Of a DNA stretch of 52,154 nucleotides, positions 49,526 to 52,154 are shown one piece after another (position 1 is the first letter of the stretch; each line of letters starts with the position of its first letter). The DNA lies in the NCBI GenBank assembly GCA_018670095.1, contig JABHRR010000075.1:1-52154 (forward strand), in the 5' to 3' direction. A program made the position numbers and the translations under genes. The notes beneath the pieces are model-generated. The model saw only the letters and a program-made list of their open reading frames with translations, was not told where the DNA came from and ran no database searches. The stretch comes from Candidatus Woesearchaeota archaeon. GTDB lineage: Archaea; Nanobdellota; Nanobdellia; Woesearchaeales; GW2011-AR9.

Positions 49526-50119
49526 TTATTTTAACTTATATCCCATAGCGCTAGGAACTTTATATAATCCCGGACCATCTTCATTTCTTTGTTCTTCTGC
49601 TTTTAGATCCCAATCTGCGTTAATCTTTAGGTTTATCCTGTTAATAAATCTTCCAAAATTAATTATTAGATTATTAGATTCTTCATTTGTTGGATCTCTC
49701 GGTTGATAATTATTGTTTCTCCAGAAATGAGGATTGCGTACACCAATTGGTGGACGATCTTTTCGATCAATATAATGAGTGCGATTTATTGTTTGCATTA
49801 TTATTGCTTCAGTAAACCAGTTCTTTTTCAAGTAAGATAAAGCGACCATTTCAAAAGGAAGCACATAATTCATCCTCCATCCAACAATTTCTATTTTTCC
49901 TCCATTTTCAAAAAGAATTTTATCATATTGGCCAGCTTTTAAACCTTTCAAACCTTCTCTAATTTTTTCTGCAGGGATTTCTTCTCTTAAAACAACATCA
50001 GATAAATCTTCTACCTCTAGTAAAGCTCTAATTTGTCCATGATAAACTTTATTTTTCCATTTCAATTCTTCTAGGGCATTTTCCATTATAAAAAGATTTA
50101 TTTGTTTATTAATAAACAT
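49526..50119 (-). CDS. Hypothetical protein
   Basis: 197-aa ORF (alternative ATG at 50086). No motif recognised. Confidence 0.5.
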   Translation of the reverse strand: MFINKQINLFIMENALEELKWKNKVYHGQIRALLEVEDLSDVVLREEIPAEKIREGLKGLKAGQYDKILFENGGKIEIVGWRMNYVLPFEMVALSYLKKNWFTEAIIMQTINRTHYIDRKDRPPIGVRNPHFWRNNNYQPRDPTNEESNNLIINFGRFINRINLKINADWDLKAEEQRNEDGPGLYKVPSAMGYKLK

Positions 50120-50141
50120 TTATCTCTTATAGAAGTTATTT

Positions 50142-51818
50142 CTACATCTCGTCCGGAGCTTTAATCCCTAACAATCCTAAGCCATTCTCAAGAACTTGCC
50201 GTACAGAATCTACTAACAGCAGACGAGCTTTCATTTGTTCATCTCTCTCAGAAATAACGGGACATTTATGATAGAATTCATTAAATGCTTGACTTAAAGT
50301 AATTAAATGATTTGCAATGTGATGTGGTTTGTAATCTTTAGCTGCTTTTTCAATTGCTGCTGGGAAATCGTACAATAACCTAATTACTGCTAATTCTTCT
50401 TCATTGTTTAACAACGAATAATTTACTTTTGTAAAACTCTTCTCAGCTTTCCTTAAGATGCTACAAGCACGAGCATGAGTGTATTGGACGTAAGGTCCTG
50501 TTTCTCCTTCGAAACTTAACATTCTATCCCAATCAAAATCAATGTTTCTAGTCCTGTCATTACTTAGATCTGCAAAAATTATTGCTCCCACTCCTATTTG
50601 GATTGCAACTTCTTTTTTATTTTTTAAGTTAGGATTCTTCTTTTCAATAATTTTTTCTGTTAATTTAATTGCTTTATCTAAAACTTCTTCTAAGAATATG
50701 ACTTTTCCTTTTCTAGTAGACATTTTTCCTTCTGGAAACCTGAATAATCCAAAATCAACATGAGTGAATTTACTAACATCTTCTCCTGATAGTTCTAATA
50801 CTTTAAACAATTGTCTGAAATGTAATTTTTGTTCGCTGCCAACTACATAAACTAATTTTATTGGTTTGTATTGTTTTAGACGATAATTGGCTGCTGCTAA
50901 ATCTCGGGTATGATAAGTTGTAGCACCATTTGATTTCTCTAATAAAATAGGAGGCATTTTATATTTTTCTAAATCAACAATTAATGCTCCCTGAGAAAGT
51001 TCAGTTAACTTTTTCTTTTTAAGATTATTAATTACTTTTTCCATCTTGTCATTATAGAATGCTTCTCCATGATAAGAATCAAATTCAATTTCAAGGACTT
51101 GATATATCTTTTTGAATTCTTTTAAACTTAATTCTTTAAATGATTCCCAGAGAGACAAATATTTTTCATTTCCTTCTTCTAATTGTTTGAAAGCTTCTCT
51201 TGCTTCATCATTTAATGTATCATCTTTATCAGCTTCTTCATGAAACTTAACGTACAATTTCAATAAATATTTGATTGGATCTTTTTCTAACTCTTTTTCT
51301 TTACCCCACTTATTAAAAGCGACAATCAATTTTCCGAATTGTGTGCCCCAATCTCCAAGATGATTAACTCCAACAGATTTGTACCCTAAAAAGTTGTGTA
51401 CTTTGTATAAACATGAACCAATAACTGTACTTCTTAAATGGCCAATGCCAAATGGTTTAGCAATGTTAGGGGATGAAAAGTCAAATACTACTTTCTGTTT
51501 TTTTCCAATATCTTGTTTCCCATAATCTTCTTTATTTTTAGTAATCTTGCTTAACGTTTCTTCTGTAATTACTTCATTTTTCACGTAGAAATTTAAATAT
51601 GGACCAACAACCTGCACTCCAGAAAGAAATTTTGGCAACTTTAATTTCTTCTTAAGCATTTCAGCAGCTTCTTTAGGATTCTTACCTAACTTGAAACAAG
51701 GGAAAGCGTAATCGCCTAACTTTGGATCTGGCGGTACTGAGATCAGATTTTCTAACTCTGCTTTCTTCAATTTAGTTTCTTTTACTAAAAGTTTAATTAT
51801 TTCCTGTTGGAAGTTCAT
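50142..51818 (-). CDS. argS: Arginyl-tRNA synthetase
   Basis: PFGIGHLRS (HIGH), MSTRKG (KMSKS variant) and an ArgRS-type C-terminus. ATG 51818 (MNFQQEII) preferred over the track start. Confidence 0.9.
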   Translation of the reverse strand: MNFQQEIIKLLVKETKLKKAELENLISVPPDPKLGDYAFPCFKLGKNPKEAAEMLKKKLKLPKFLSGVQVVGPYLNFYVKNEVITEETLSKITKNKEDYGKQDIGKKQKVVFDFSSPNIAKPFGIGHLRSTVIGSCLYKVHNFLGYKSVGVNHLGDWGTQFGKLIVAFNKWGKEKELEKDPIKYLLKLYVKFHEEADKDDTLNDEAREAFKQLEEGNEKYLSLWESFKELSLKEFKKIYQVLEIEFDSYHGEAFYNDKMEKVINNLKKKKLTELSQGALIVDLEKYKMPPILLEKSNGATTYHTRDLAAANYRLKQYKPIKLVYVVGSEQKLHFRQLFKVLELSGEDVSKFTHVDFGLFRFPEGKMSTRKGKVIFLEEVLDKAIKLTEKIIEKKNPNLKNKKEVAIQIGVGAIIFADLSNDRTRNIDFDWDRMLSFEGETGPYVQYTHARACSILRKAEKSFTKVNYSLLNNEEELAVIRLLYDFPAAIEKAAKDYKPHHIANHLITLSQAFNEFYHKCPVISERDEQMKARLLLVDSVRQVLENGLGLLGIKAPDEM

Positions 51819-51940
51819 AGAAGTAAAGAATATTATATTATTTATATAAGTAACGGTAAGAAAGTTAATTGTTTTTGTATACAATCATACTTCTATACTA
51901 AACAAATTATTAAATAGTAATTAACTATTTCAATCTTAAA

Positions 51941-52154
51941 ATGAAAAAATTACCAGATGCTTTGGAAATATTAGCAGATTCTGAGTGTGGTTTAGGAATC
52001 AAAGCAATTGGATTTAGGGGGAGTAAGTATCCTTTAGAATTTAAAGTTGCTAGATATCAATCTGAATATCTTGTTGGCCCAGCACATGATGATCAAGCTA
52101 TTTTTTGTTTTTACCCTAACCCCAATATTAGACATTTAGATATGCGTCATAACC
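51941..52154 (+). CDS. 5' part of a hypothetical ORF running off the right edge
   Basis: MKKLPDALEILADSECGLGIKAIGFRGSKYPLEFKVARYQ... is open to the end of the window. Confidence 0.4.
   Translation, partial: MKKLPDALEILADSECGLGIKAIGFRGSKYPLEFKVARYQSEYLVGPAHDDQAIFCFYPNPNIRHLDMRHN

Overview
AT-rich archaeal chromosome fragment. It carries the archaeal marker set: the L7Ae-S28e-L24e-ndk cluster, aEF-2, aEF-1alpha, S10, aCPSF1, proteasome beta and three intron-containing tRNA genes. Short genes, very little metabolism and many secreted proteins with a lipobox-like Cys fit a DPANN-type episymbiont, but that is inference only. No rRNA, CRISPR array, integrase or transposase was seen. Layout: 0-7.3 kb mixes housekeeping and accessory genes (Kv-type K+ channel, NAD(P)HX dehydratase, ORF6N/KilA-N protein, minimal nucleotidyltransferase). 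7.9-12 kb is a surface-protein cluster (vWA lipoprotein, beta-propeller lipoprotein, collagen-like lipoprotein with 71 uninterrupted G-X-Y triplets). 13.6-22.7 kb is an accessory stretch (4-gene coupled operon, RecQ, Bro-N protein, adhesin-like repeat protein, SET-domain protein, orphan 519-aa protein) punctuated by conserved elements that begin right after stop codons. 23-34.6 kb is the translation and RNA-processing core, with a Hanks-type kinase inserted between EF-2 and EF-1alpha. 34.7-39.1 kb holds an operon of five small proteins and two free-standing LAGLIDADG endonuclease genes, each physically overlapping an intron-containing tRNA gene. 39.1-49.5 kb is an accessory region. Inside that region, four transcription units are each headed by an exact 11-nt box CTCGCTAAAGG. 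One of those units is a tightly coupled 7-gene operon (Zn-ribbon, metallophosphoesterase, three tiny ORFs, PD-(D/E)XK-like protein, classic AAA+ ATPase). I rate this operon the best candidate for an undescribed system, either a defence module or a cryptic mobile-element core. General features: a house promoter consensus AAACATTTATA lies about 22 nt upstream of many ATGs, implying leaderless mRNAs. Operon junctions are frequently TAAAATG or ATGA. The ORF track uses GTG/TTG starts, and I corrected several starts to ATG. All family assignments come from motifs read by eye; no database search was possible.
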